The notes below the pieces were generated by a model, which made no database searches, was not told the origin of the DNA, and was given only the letters and a program-made list of their open reading frames with translations. DNA of 64,000 bases from IMG/VR virus record IMGVR_UViG_3300029288_000059, positions 225,237-289,236 of that record. One strand, 5' to 3'. The stretch comes from a virus. Taxonomy: Duplodnaviria > Heunggongvirae > Uroviricota > Caudoviricetes. The first letter of the stretch is position 1, and every line of letters begins with the position of its first letter. Shown here one piece after another: positions 1 through 9,642 of the stretch. Made by a program: the position numbers and the translations under genes.

Positions 1-235
1 TAGTTCGCCGTCATCATTAATATTGTTAATAGTTAATGACATGCCATCTTTAACATTATCATGGATATAACGAATAACATCGTAATGGAAGTTTTCATGT
101 ATTATCCAAGTGAACCGATTATGAATAATATCAAGTTCAAACGACTCAGTCATATATTCAATCAATTTGTTTTCTGTCTTCACTGAAAATAAAAATGATT
201 GTTGATGTGGTGATGTTATATCCATTATATTAACC

Positions 236-640
236 CTAATAACTCAATAATATTTTTTTAACATTTCCAACTTGATAGATAGTAGGTGTTGGTGTGATAT
301 AACTTCTATCCAACTTAACTCTTATATAGATAAGATTGCTACTGAAACTGAATGAATCAGTATATGTAACGTTCGTCATACTATTATCTCTTGGATATTG
401 AACATAATCCGTTGCACCACTTAAATGAAGATTAAACCAATCATCTTCATTGGGATTATCTGCTAATGTGCCTTGGATATATATCCTACCTTTGAAATTG
501 TTTAATCCTAAAGATACAGTCATCATTGGACTAGAATATCCACTCCAACCACTAGCTCTTACTTTATCAGTGGTAAGATTTAGATTACCACCACTATCAC
601 CCATTACTTGTATGCTTAATTTACCCATCTTATCCTCCAA
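236..640 (-). CDS. Hypothetical protein, possibly structural. The C-terminal region (FKGRIYIQGTLADNPNEDDWFNLHLSG) resembles the C-terminus of the 9643..10428 product.
   Basis: ORF of 134 aa. Its C-terminal motif aligns by eye with FSGKVWIQSTLENSIPTQENDWINLLISLTG in the 9643..10428 ORF. Confidence 0.4.
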   Translation of the reverse strand: MEDKMGKLSIQVMGDSGGNLNLTTDKVRASGWSGYSSPMMTVSLGLNNFKGRIYIQGTLADNPNEDDWFNLHLSGATDYVQYPRDNSMTNVTYTDSFSFSSNLIYIRVKLDRSYITPTPTIYQVGNVKKILLSY

Positions 641-1368
641 CTATAAGTTATTTATAGTTTTTAACTTATTGTAAAGATATTAATGTTATAACTTAATTAT
701 AACAATGGAGAATGACAATGTATAAAGAGCTTCAATTATATAATACCATATCAACCATCATTAAGGATAAATTAAAGATGGAGGATGACAATCTAGTTAT
801 TATAAGGGGTGGTATGGAAATAATCATCCAAACACAACAGACTGAAGTTATACATACGTATAATACTGTTGATTTATATGTATGAATTAATGATTTCTTG
901 TATTTTATATGGTTCAAATCTAGCATACTCATAAAATATATCATACAAGAAATCACTCGTACATCTATCAAATGGATAAAGTGGTTGATTGTCTGTTATA
1001 GATACGGGTAATTTGCCGCACTTATGATAGTGATTATCTATCACTGGTATAATTGGGTGATTATTAGCAAGGATGATAATATCATTAAACAATGATTTAT
1101 TATATTTTAACTTGTAATGATGATATGCTAAATAACTTAACTTTTGAAGTTTAAGACTTGATATAGTAGCATTACAGTCTTGATTATCAGTTAAGAAGAT
1201 AAAATAGTTGGTTATATCTAAAACATTCATATAATGCATCCAATAAAAATGGGTTAGTTTGGTGATTCTCCAAAATCTATATCGGCTTTCGGCCAATCGC
1301 TCTAATATATTAAGCTACTACCCATATAACTATAATGTAATAATTTAATTTAAATGTCAATAGAAAAC

Positions 1369-2271
1369 TTAAGATAAATTTTGTATAACCAATGGTATGT
1401 TAGTACCCGGAATACTTAATGTTATATTTGAACTGACAACAGTATTAGAAGCCATAGTTGGTGTGGTATTCGCATATCCCGATGTTGCATTAGGAAGATA
1501 ACTAGCAGTCTGTACGGTTGAACCATTCCATGCAATCTTTACTTTATCAGCAATCTCTTTAGTTATAGGGGAACCTAACACGGGCATATCACCATACGTA
1601 TTACTACCATAGTATCTATTTGTTAAAAATTCATAATCGAATACCATTGTAAATTCCGATGGAGCACTACTCTCTCTATCTCGTGGGTCAAACTCGGCAG
1701 ATTTTAATACTGGATTCTGTAAATTAAACATTGATATTCTATTATCGAAAAACTCATATATGTCTATACGACTTAGTAAATTACCACCTTTATCCCCACC
1801 TCTGGTATGTATAAGACCAAAATTCCAATCTGTACCCGTCAATTGAGATACATCCTTATTTTGGAATTGTGTGAGTTGGGATTCAGACCGTATAGCAAAG
1901 TCATTATATTCACAATGTAACATTTGCATAAACATTGCAACGGATGATGAATCAACCGAATCAATAAACGTGAAACGACATGGATTATAAACCAACTTAC
2001 CTCTTATAATAGTCTTTTTATTATATTGATTCTTAACTTCATTATCTATTTGCATAGACGGTCTATCTGCTAATCGAACTACTTTCGATAGTTGTTCCTG
2101 TATAGTGTTGAAGTTATCACGTGTATATTGTCCCGAAGCTTCTAATTCTTGTTTAACTGTTTCATTTAAAATAAAGTCAACATAAAATAATGGTTTTGGT
2201 TTTGGTCTCAACCAATGTGCAGAATTTAAAGCATATCGTGTTACTGCATCTGTCGTATTGTTATCAGCCAT
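1369..2271 (-). CDS. Paralog of the tail-tube family (gp19/gp54/gp48-like), possibly a baseplate tube initiator or cap.
   Basis: The 300-aa ORF shares YVDFI...DSSSVAMFMQM with FRVDFI...DNSTSVAIMKQ in the tube-like ORF 45781..46380. Confidence 0.3.
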   Translation of the reverse strand: MADNNTTDAVTRYALNSAHWLRPKPKPLFYVDFILNETVKQELEASGQYTRDNFNTIQEQLSKVVRLADRPSMQIDNEVKNQYNKKTIIRGKLVYNPCRFTFIDSVDSSSVAMFMQMLHCEYNDFAIRSESQLTQFQNKDVSQLTGTDWNFGLIHTRGGDKGGNLLSRIDIYEFFDNRISMFNLQNPVLKSAEFDPRDRESSAPSEFTMVFDYEFLTNRYYGSNTYGDMPVLGSPITKEIADKVKIAWNGSTVQTASYLPNATSGYANTTPTMASNTVVSSNITLSIPGTNIPLVIQNLS

Positions 2272-2676
2272 ATTAATACTCCTATATAGAAGTATTTATT
2301 AAAACTTACCAATGCATCTAATATCATACCTATTAGGAACAACCAAATAATCTAACGTTCTATCCGACTCCGTTACAGGTTCTAAATATCGATACATTGC
2401 ATATACCTATTACTAAAACGATAATAGTTGTAACCTTTACCCGTATGTAGAACTAATTTACCATACGTATTGACGCATTTTAAAGAATGATGGTCTGTTC
2501 GTCTATAGAGGAGGGAATGAAATTTACGACAAACAATATTTGTAAATTGTAATGCTTTGCCACAGTAATAAAAGCCATCTATATTATAATCATAATAACC
2601 AGTCAAGGGTTGTTTAAAATATGCACAATACTTCAATGACTTATCTTCTAGTACAGTGGATAACTGACGGTACATA

Positions 2677-2925
2677 CTAGTTATCCGTAATATGGGTTAG
2701 ACTTCTCATCCAATCGGCATTTGATAATCGTTTATTATTACGTTTTAACATTTGGTACCGTTGAGGGGCTTTACGTTTAACATCTTTATCTAGTTCAATA
2801 CCCTTAACATTATTAAGTAACCAAAATATATAACGTGGATTTACATAACATATATAATTAATGCATTTACCGTTATACTTACCAAATGTTAATTTATCTT
2901 TTAAGTTCATAATATTACCATTCAA
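2677..2925 (-). CDS. Small protein with a DUF3820-like motif (FGKYxGK...YIxWLL).
   Basis: The sequence LTFGKYNGKCINYICYVNPRYIFWLLNN matches the pattern recalled for DUF3820. Confidence 0.3.
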   Translation of the reverse strand: MNGNIMNLKDKLTFGKYNGKCINYICYVNPRYIFWLLNNVKGIELDKDVKRKAPQRYQMLKRNNKRLSNADWMRSLTHITDN

Positions 2926-2995
2926 TTATAATCAACAGATCATCGTGTTAATTAACAGTTCGGATTATCTATTTTAGAACCCATTATTTTACCCA

Positions 2996-3355
2996 TTACT
3001 CATTAAAGTGACGATTTAATTCCTTATAAAGTTCTAACATGGAAGCCGTTAAATCTAACTCTTTCATATTAACCGAACCGAGATTGGTATGAATAATTAC
3101 CCCATCAGGAGTAACACTTCCAAATCCATATGATACTGTTTTATTTTCTTTTACTGGCGGGGATTGTGGTTTAATATTTAATTTTACATACCCTTCATCC
3201 GCATTTTCTAACATATAGTCACGTTCACCATTCATAATACGATAAACAGTACGGCGTGATAATTTTGTAGATTTAATAATTGATTCAACGTTTTGTTTTT
3301 TCTGTTCAGCTAAAAACTTAACTGTTTTAATTTGTTCGATTGTTAATCTCGTCAT
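2996..3355 (-). CDS. Protein with a helix-turn-helix domain. It is a paralog of the 63030..63425 product.
   Basis: The N-terminal segment IKSTKLSRRTVYRIMNGERDY looks like an HTH. The motifs GERDY and TNLGSV/TNLGTV are shared with the paralog. Confidence 0.45.
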   Translation of the reverse strand: MTRLTIEQIKTVKFLAEQKKQNVESIIKSTKLSRRTVYRIMNGERDYMLENADEGYVKLNIKPQSPPVKENKTVSYGFGSVTPDGVIIHTNLGSVNMKELDLTASMLELYKELNRHFNE

Positions 3356-3900
3356 CGTTATTCTCCATTGTTAAACATCATATTAATAATTATAGTATAA
3401 TATGATTATTGTTTATGTCAACAAGCAATCAGTACCAAATCTTCTTCGGTATGAACTAATTCATCCAACTCGTTGGAATCACTCCAACCACTGTATATAA
3501 TATCCAATAGGCCAAACTCATTTATATTACCACATACTTTAAATTCTAGTGGGTCTTCATCGTCCATAATTAAAAAATAACTTACTTCAAATTTTCTTTG
3601 TTCTTGACTAATAACGGCTTCATCAAATGTCAACTGACTACTATTAACACCACCACGTTTCATCTCACGTTTAACTAATGCGTGTAGGATGGGTTCATTA
3701 TATTCAAATTGTATGTTGTCATCTAAATATGCAACGAATGATGAACTTTCGCGTTTCACGTATTCCGTCATGTTATATGTCCTTGTTTGAGTTAATGTCC
3801 TTAACAATTATTTGTTATAATATAAAAAATATGTTAAGTCAATACTTGTTATTAAATTATTTTATGTTATACTACAATTATAAACATTAGGGGATATGAC

Positions 3901-4791
3901 ATGAACTCAAGTATCACAAGTACGAGTAATCAACTGTTTAGAGATGGTAAATGGATACAACCAAAAAACTTTACTAATGAGCAAAATACTGATATTCGTA
4001 TTAAAGAATATTGGCATAGTGACATTATATCCCATGATATAAATTGTAAAAAACTAACCATTGACTTGGTAAATAATAGTGATACAAATGGTGATATAAA
4101 CAGTAAAGACAATGTCTGTCTCATAATACATACAGAAAATAAAAGTCTTAGCAAACGCAATGGAATTATTAAATCACGTCGAGTCACATTATCCGGTAGT
4201 GGGGCATTCCAATGTACGGGCATCGTTGCAAATGAAGTTATAATCGAAGAAGGTATTATTCTCAAAAATACCCCCATTACCTGTAAACGACTTCTTATAA
4301 CAATGAATAAATCAACCAATTTATACGAAATATTATCAAATACAAATACAACAACAGTAACTATGACATTATCACGTCCTTATTTACCATTAGGGCAAAC
4401 ACAACATACTACTTGTCCACCGATAATCATTAACAAAATTGACAATCTTATAATTACTAATCAACTCCCTACGAAAGATAGTCAATATGATTTAATAATA
4501 CAAAACTGTAAAAACGTATCATTGAGAACAGTATTTACTTCATCTGTTGATATTAATAACTGTAAAACAGTCACAATTCTAAACTCTAACATACAACAAT
4601 ATAACCGATTAAACGTTGAAGAATTAACAATAAACAACAGCCCCATTAATGAACTTGGTGAATTAGTATGTAAAAAGATTACTATTGAAAAATCATATAT
4701 TTGTGGTGAGGCATTAGAGATGATTAGCAAGTATACTGATGAATTATATTACAATCCGTTTGACTTCGAAGATAATCTAATATCAGTCTAA
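3901..4791 (+). CDS. Hypothetical protein, 296 aa. Its C-terminus (YYNPFDFEDNLISV) is paralogous to that of the next gene.
   Basis: Long ORF. An RBS-like GGGGATATGACATG context lies upstream. Confidence 0.45.
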   Translation: MNSSITSTSNQLFRDGKWIQPKNFTNEQNTDIRIKEYWHSDIISHDINCKKLTIDLVNNSDTNGDINSKDNVCLIIHTENKSLSKRNGIIKSRRVTLSGSGAFQCTGIVANEVIIEEGIILKNTPITCKRLLITMNKSTNLYEILSNTNTTTVTMTLSRPYLPLGQTQHTTCPPIIINKIDNLIITNQLPTKDSQYDLIIQNCKNVSLRTVFTSSVDINNCKTVTILNSNIQQYNRLNVEELTINNSPINELGELVCKKITIEKSYICGEALEMISKYTDELYYNPFDFEDNLISV

Positions 4792-4811
4792 ATAACATAA
4801 GGATACTTAAT

Positions 4812-5402
4812 ATGCAAGCACATTACAACGGTCTCAATTACGGCTATCAAAGAGAAGTGGTGTTGCTTCGTGAGTCGGATGTAAATGGAGGTATTATTGA
4901 TATTTCCAACTATGATACCGTAACAGTAACTAATTGGAGTGAAAGAGAGGATATACCATCACCCGACAATACCACTAAGGATTTATATATTATCGTTTGT
5001 GAAGACCAAGGCAGTCCGGGGACAGTACAAGAACAAATATCACTCCCAATAAGTTTTAATAACATAACAACTGTTAATATAATTAATGGTTGGTTCTGCC
5101 CATTTAAGATATGTGGTGATATTGAATTTAATAATTGTAGTAATATAACGTTCACGAGCGTAGGTATACATAATGGGGTTATACATAATGCATCAACAGT
5201 TACTATTAAATGTTCACGTATTAGACATGGGTTTAAAATATCAACCAATAAGTTAATAGTCGATGGTTGTGGAATGAACGCACAAAACATGAGTGAACTT
5301 AAATGTAAATCATTAGAAATAAAGAATTGTACATTGGATGAAAAAACTATATCGGAAATTCACCAACTCGAACTAGAAGAATTCTATTATGCCCCCATTT
5401 AA
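4812..5402 (+). CDS. Hypothetical protein, paralog of 3901..4791. The C-terminus appears truncated by a +1 frameshift at a C5 run (5392-5396).
   Basis: The ORF ends ...EFYYAPI*. One frame over, PFNFEDTVITV* follows (to 5430), matching the C-terminus of the upstream paralog. Confidence 0.45.
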   Translation: MQAHYNGLNYGYQREVVLLRESDVNGGIIDISNYDTVTVTNWSEREDIPSPDNTTKDLYIIVCEDQGSPGTVQEQISLPISFNNITTVNIINGWFCPFKICGDIEFNNCSNITFTSVGIHNGVIHNASTVTIKCSRIRHGFKISTNKLIVDGCGMNAQNMSELKCKSLEIKNCTLDEKTISEIHQLELEEFYYAPI

Positions 5403-5481
5403 TTTTGAAGATACCGTAATAACAGTCTAAACAATCTCCATATTAAATTATATAAATATACGTGTATTATGGAGGTTCAAC

Positions 5482-5646
5482 ATGGAAACATCTAAAATCT
5501 TTCGAGAAGGGTATATGGCATATACTTGTGGTTTAAATTATAACGACAATCCATATAATCAAAAAGAACAACCATCATTATATAAAGAATGGAAATCTGG
5601 GTGGAAAGCCTGTAAATTTGATGAAGAACATTTGGTGCTAGTATGA
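5482..5646 (+). CDS. Ribosome modulation factor (Rmf)-like small protein, 54 aa. It is absent from the ORF track.
   Basis: GGAGG lies 7 nt upstream. The segment GYMAYTCGLNYNDNPY has the same spacing as E. coli Rmf GYQAGIAGRSKEMCPY, followed by W..GW. An ATGA overlap links it to the next gene. Confidence 0.4.
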   Translation: METSKIFREGYMAYTCGLNYNDNPYNQKEQPSLYKEWKSGWKACKFDEEHLVLV

Positions 5647-6149
5647 AATTAGATGATTTAGAAATAATAGAAGAAACAACTGATGTATCCAAACGTTATT
5701 GGTACAATACAAAAACCAATACATTTATAAAAGTGAATGGGTTACATCATTTATACGATGTATTCGCCCGTCCATCACGTTTTGGAACGACAGAACAAGA
5801 ATTGCATACTAAGTTTCCAAAGGCAGAAACTCGTTATGAAATGGGTAGACCATTATACGATATAGACATGCTTAACTGGATGTTTAAACGTGGTTATGTA
5901 AGAGTTGCGATGATAGATGATGAAGTAACTGTTGAATATAATAATCTACTGATTGCTAAATCGGTTGCAATCATTATTTGTAATAAAGTTAAAATAACAG
6001 ATTTGATTATTAGTGTTCGTGACCCTGAAAGTGATGCGGAAGGTGATGTAGTCGATAAAGAATTCACAACACCCGAATCAATCGCTAAATACTTAGGCTT
6101 AAAAGCACCATTAAAAGAATGTAGACATTTAACAATTAGAACTTATTAA
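5643..6149 (+). CDS. Hypothetical protein.
   Basis: ORF of 168 aa, translationally coupled to the upstream mini-ORF. Confidence 0.45.
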   Translation: MKLDDLEIIEETTDVSKRYWYNTKTNTFIKVNGLHHLYDVFARPSRFGTTEQELHTKFPKAETRYEMGRPLYDIDMLNWMFKRGYVRVAMIDDEVTVEYNNLLIAKSVAIIICNKVKITDLIISVRDPESDAEGDVVDKEFTTPESIAKYLGLKAPLKECRHLTIRTY

Positions 6150-6427
6150 TTATTAATGAATAACGCATCAATATCATGTTCTAATGATTGAATAGTATAT
6201 TTAATATTATCAATCTGTTCAATCATAGAACTAAATGGACGAGCGGGTATTAATTCATTAGCAATAGTATATTCATTTACTTTTTCTGAGAATACATCTA
6301 ATTCACCTTTAAGCATATCAAGATGTTGAACAATAGTATTGTTATATCGTTCTTTTAATTCATCATCAATAACGTTATTTTCTAATAACTTTAATGAATC
6401 ATATAAACTTCTTAAACTATTACTCAT
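6146..6427 (-). CDS. Small helical protein, member of the 'LKLLE' leader family (MSNSLRSLYDSLKLLENN).
   Basis: Part of a tandem array of paralogs. The conserved N-terminal leader ends in LLE. Confidence 0.5.
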   Translation of the reverse strand: MSNSLRSLYDSLKLLENNVIDDELKERYNNTIVQHLDMLKGELDVFSEKVNEYTIANELIPARPFSSMIEQIDNIKYTIQSLEHDIDALFINN

Positions 6428-6444
6428 TGTATAATCCTCTTATA

Positions 6445-6699
6445 TTAATTCCCGAATAACTCAGGATGAACTCTTCTAGCTAACCGTGACATAACCTGTC
6501 GTTGTAATATATGAATATGTTGTGTGAATTCGTCATTATCTTGTGGGTGTTGTTCAGGTAAAGATATAAACTCATTATACGCATCAATTAAATGATTTAA
6601 TATAGTTTGTTCCTCAGTTGTTAATCCAATTGAGTTGTCATTACTGTTGCCCTCTAGTAATTTCAAAGAATGACATAAATCCTTTAAACTGTTGTCCAT
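6445..6699 (-). CDS. Small protein of the 'LKLLE' leader family (MDNSLKDLCHSLKLLEGNSNDN).
   Basis: Tandem paralog. Confidence 0.5.
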   Translation of the reverse strand: MDNSLKDLCHSLKLLEGNSNDNSIGLTTEEQTILNHLIDAYNEFISLPEQHPQDNDEFTQHIHILQRQVMSRLARRVHPELFGN

Positions 6700-6715
6700 T
6701 ACAAATATTCCTTAT

Positions 6716-6973
6716 TTACCAACCATATCTACTGAGTTCTATATAGGCGTTATTTAGTCCATTGGATATAATATTAAAATCAACTAATGTATGTAATGTA
6801 TCCTTAGGTCGTTTCATACTTTCCAACCTAGCTTTTATATCTACACTTTTAGCTATAAGATCATCGATTTGTTTATTAATTTTATCGGGGTTTGGGCTAG
6901 TAGTATTATTAGAATCACCTTCTAATAATTTAAGTGCTTCATTGCATTGTTTCATTATGTTATCATTACTCAT
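6716..6973 (-). CDS. Small protein of the 'MKQCNEALKLLEG' leader family.
   Basis: The N-terminal 20 codons are nearly identical at the DNA level to copies at 7211-7272 and 7561-7618. Confidence 0.5.
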   Translation of the reverse strand: MSNDNIMKQCNEALKLLEGDSNNTTSPNPDKINKQIDDLIAKSVDIKARLESMKRPKDTLHTLVDFNIISNGLNNAYIELSRYGW

Positions 6974-6984
6974 CTTAATAATCC

Positions 6985-7272
6985 TTATATAACCATAGAG
7001 TTCAATTCGTTAGCAATATCACTTAATGCTTCTTCTAAGTCATCACGACATTTCTTAATTGTATTAATATCACCAATACCGTTTGCAATATCATTATCAC
7101 AACTATTTAAAAAACGAGTGGCATCTTTAAATGATTTTTGTAATGTTTCAATTACGTGTCTTGTCATATCGGGAGTAACAATGCCGATACTTTTGTACTG
7201 TTCATCATTAGATTCACCTTCTAATAATCTAAGTGCTTCATTACATTGTTTCATTATGTTATCTTCACTCAT
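6985..7272 (-). CDS. Small protein of the 'MKQCNEALRLLEG' leader family. The start was corrected to the internal Met at 7272.
   Basis: AAGGAA lies 9 nt upstream of the MSEDNIMKQ start. The longer ORF beginning at 7347 lacks the family leader at its start. Confidence 0.45.
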   Translation of the reverse strand: MSEDNIMKQCNEALRLLEGESNDEQYKSIGIVTPDMTRHVIETLQKSFKDATRFLNSCDNDIANGIGDINTIKKCRDDLEEALSDIANELNSMVI

Positions 7273-7285
7273 TTTAATATTTCCT

Positions 7286-7936
7286 TTATATGTTACTATG
7301 TCTGTATGGTTCCAATAAATCACGTACCGCTTCAGTTTCATCTTCACGGTCTAATGCACTACTTAATATGTCGACCGGATGTTGCAATTTTTGGAATTCT
7401 GAGTCATCACCATCACGCCATGCTTTATCCATATACTTGTTTCGTCTCATGTTACATATCTGCAATAATTTAAATGCATTATCATATGCTGTATTTAAGT
7501 CTTTAACAGCTTGTTCTACCTCTACATCGGATGGACCACCATATACTTCACTAGTGTCGCTTTCCAATAATTTAAGTGCTTCATTGCATTGTTTCATTAC
7601 ATTGTCTTCACTCATTTTAATCTCTCCTACAATATCGTTATAATTATCCATACTAAGTGTTTTATTATCAATTAACAAGTCTAAAATGTTTTCAGTTGCA
7701 GTATGTAAATCCATATCAGTCTTTGCATCTTCTTTAGCAAACTCTAACATTCTAATAAACAATGGTACGTCCATTGATATAATATCCATACCATCTAAAT
7801 CCTCATTCATATGTGATTTAGCAAGATACGCATTATATGCTCGTTCAGCTTTTTCTTTTGAATGATACATACATTGACTATTACCGATACGATATTTACC
7901 GTTACTACATTTAATGACTGGCATTTGAAGCACCAA
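7286..7936 (-). CDS. Either a 216-aa protein or two in-frame genes: 7622..7936, and 7286..7618 as a leader-family member starting MSEDNVMKQCNEALKLLESD.
   Basis: An internal GGAGAG RBS and ATG sit at 7618, where the family leader starts. No stop codon separates the two parts. Confidence 0.4.
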   Translation of the reverse strand: MVLQMPVIKCSNGKYRIGNSQCMYHSKEKAERAYNAYLAKSHMNEDLDGMDIISMDVPLFIRMLEFAKEDAKTDMDLHTATENILDLLIDNKTLSMDNYNDIVGEIKMSEDNVMKQCNEALKLLESDTSEVYGGPSDVEVEQAVKDLNTAYDNAFKLLQICNMRRNKYMDKAWRDGDDSEFQKLQHPVDILSSALDREDETEAVRDLLEPYRHSNI

Positions 7937-8078
7937 CTAATTCTTTTTGTTTTTGATATTCAGTATCAGAATTAGCAATATCCATTAATGTCTTATTTAT
8001 CTGTGTTTGCACATTACGTAAGTCTGATTGTAGTGATTTTAAAAACTCTAGTTGTTCTTTACTCATAGTATAAATCCT

Positions 8079-8420
8079 CTAATCATTGCGTTCAACGAAT
8101 TTAAATATGAAACTATCTAACTTGGTTTGTATATTAACCAATGATTGATTAAGTGACATAATACTATTTTCAATAGTTCTATGTTTATATTCTTGATTTT
8201 CTTTGAGTTCATATTTAGATAATTCATCAAACATATCATCATTATTCTTATCTACGATATTATTAAGTTGGTCTTTCACCTTATTAATATCTTTAGATAA
8301 CTCTTCATGTGAGTGTTCGATTTTCTTATATAGATAAGTAATCGTACCAACAAGTGCGGATGCAACTCCCCCAATTACTGTCATTAACGTATGATTATCT
8401 ATTTCCATATTTAACCTCAC
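8079..8420 (-). CDS. Membrane-anchored coiled-coil protein.
   Basis: An N-terminal hydrophobic helix (LMTVIGGVASALVGTITYLY) is followed by a charged helical region. Confidence 0.4.
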   Translation of the reverse strand: MRLNMEIDNHTLMTVIGGVASALVGTITYLYKKIEHSHEELSKDINKVKDQLNNIVDKNNDDMFDELSKYELKENQEYKHRTIENSIMSLNQSLVNIQTKLDSFIFKFVERND

Positions 8421-8499
8421 TCTATTATAAACTATTTATTATTTTTTTTAATTATTACAACAAGTTTTGACTAAATATACTTAACATAGGAGTAATAAG

Positions 8500-8817
8500 A
8501 TGGAACAGTTAGTAGCATGGAAACAAAGATGGCAAGAAATTACATCATACATATATCTAGCTATATGTTTATTTGATTTTTTAATAATGCCATTCTACTA
8601 CGTTGCAACAAAACCATCAACTAAAGTTGCACTTGAAATGTCATTAAAGTTTGATAGTGATAGTTCACGTATTACGGCGTTTCAAATATTACAAGCAGGT
8701 GAAAAGTGGGACCCCGTTACGACTAAAGATGGAAGTATGTTTCATTTAGCATTCGGTGCGATATTAGGGGCTGCATCATTAACAAAAAAAGAACGAATTA
8801 CTAGACCACAAGTTTAA
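8500..8817 (+). CDS. Small membrane protein.
   Basis: The hydrophobic segment ITSYIYLAICLFDFLIMPFYYVA is present. Confidence 0.4.
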   Translation: MEQLVAWKQRWQEITSYIYLAICLFDFLIMPFYYVATKPSTKVALEMSLKFDSDSSRITAFQILQAGEKWDPVTTKDGSMFHLAFGAILGAASLTKKERITRPQV

Positions 8818-8853
8818 AGTAAATAATACATATAAATTATGGAGTTACGTTAA

Positions 8854-9639
8854 ATGTCATACTTAGGTGAAGTTCCAACAGCATTAAAGTCTATATCCGT
8901 CACATCGAATTATACTATATCAAAGAGAGATAATGGATTACTATTGATATGTAATAATTCGAGTGATATAACGCTATCTACTTCAATCGCTATTGCAAAT
9001 CTTAATGGGTTACTATTACAAATATATAATGCTAATACTGGTACTGTTACTTTTGACCCGTATGGTGCAGAATTAGTTGATTCAAATACTTCTATTACTA
9101 TTGTTTCTGGGCAACGAATAATACTATATAGTAATGGTACTAAATGGTGTGAAATATCAGGAATAATCGTTGATTCGACAATTAGTGGGACTAAACTGGT
9201 AGATGGAACGATAACAGGAACAAAACTGGCAGATGGAACGATAACTAATTCTAATATAGCAGACGGCACAATTACACCATCTAAGTTTTCAACCACATAT
9301 CCATTTACTAATTCATTTACATCAACTGCACAAACATTAGAAACATATACTAATTATCCTATTGCACATGGATTGAGTTCAACCCCAAAGTTAATTAACT
9401 CTTATGCCGTATGTATAACCGCTGATGTCAATTTCACGGTTGGTACTAAATTAGAGTTAGGTTCACATCCTGTTAGGATTGAAGGTACAAATTCATATGG
9501 GTATAATGTTACTAGTGACGCTACTAACTTAAATGTTTGTGTTGGTAGGTTTGGTCCAACAACAATAGATAACGGCAATCATAGTCCGGCTGCTTTGGAT
9601 TTAACTAAATGGCAATTCTACTTTCAGGCGTTTGTATAA
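8854..9639 (+). CDS. Tail fiber-like protein with (S/T)GTKL(V/A)DGTIT repeats.
   Basis: The repeats ISGTKLVDGTITGTKLADGTITNSNIADGTITPSKF are typical of phage fiber and collar repeats. Confidence 0.5.
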   Translation: MSYLGEVPTALKSISVTSNYTISKRDNGLLLICNNSSDITLSTSIAIANLNGLLLQIYNANTGTVTFDPYGAELVDSNTSITIVSGQRIILYSNGTKWCEISGIIVDSTISGTKLVDGTITGTKLADGTITNSNIADGTITPSKFSTTYPFTNSFTSTAQTLETYTNYPIAHGLSSTPKLINSYAVCITADVNFTVGTKLELGSHPVRIEGTNSYGYNVTSDATNLNVCVGRFGPTTIDNGNHSPAALDLTKWQFYFQAFV

Positions 9640-9642
9640 CAC

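Noticed and set aside
7933-8068. A 45-aa ORF (MSKEQLEFLKSLQSDL...) upstream of the leader-family array.
   Set aside because: It is too short and only weakly similar to the family leader. It is noted, but evidence is not sufficient to call it as a gene.
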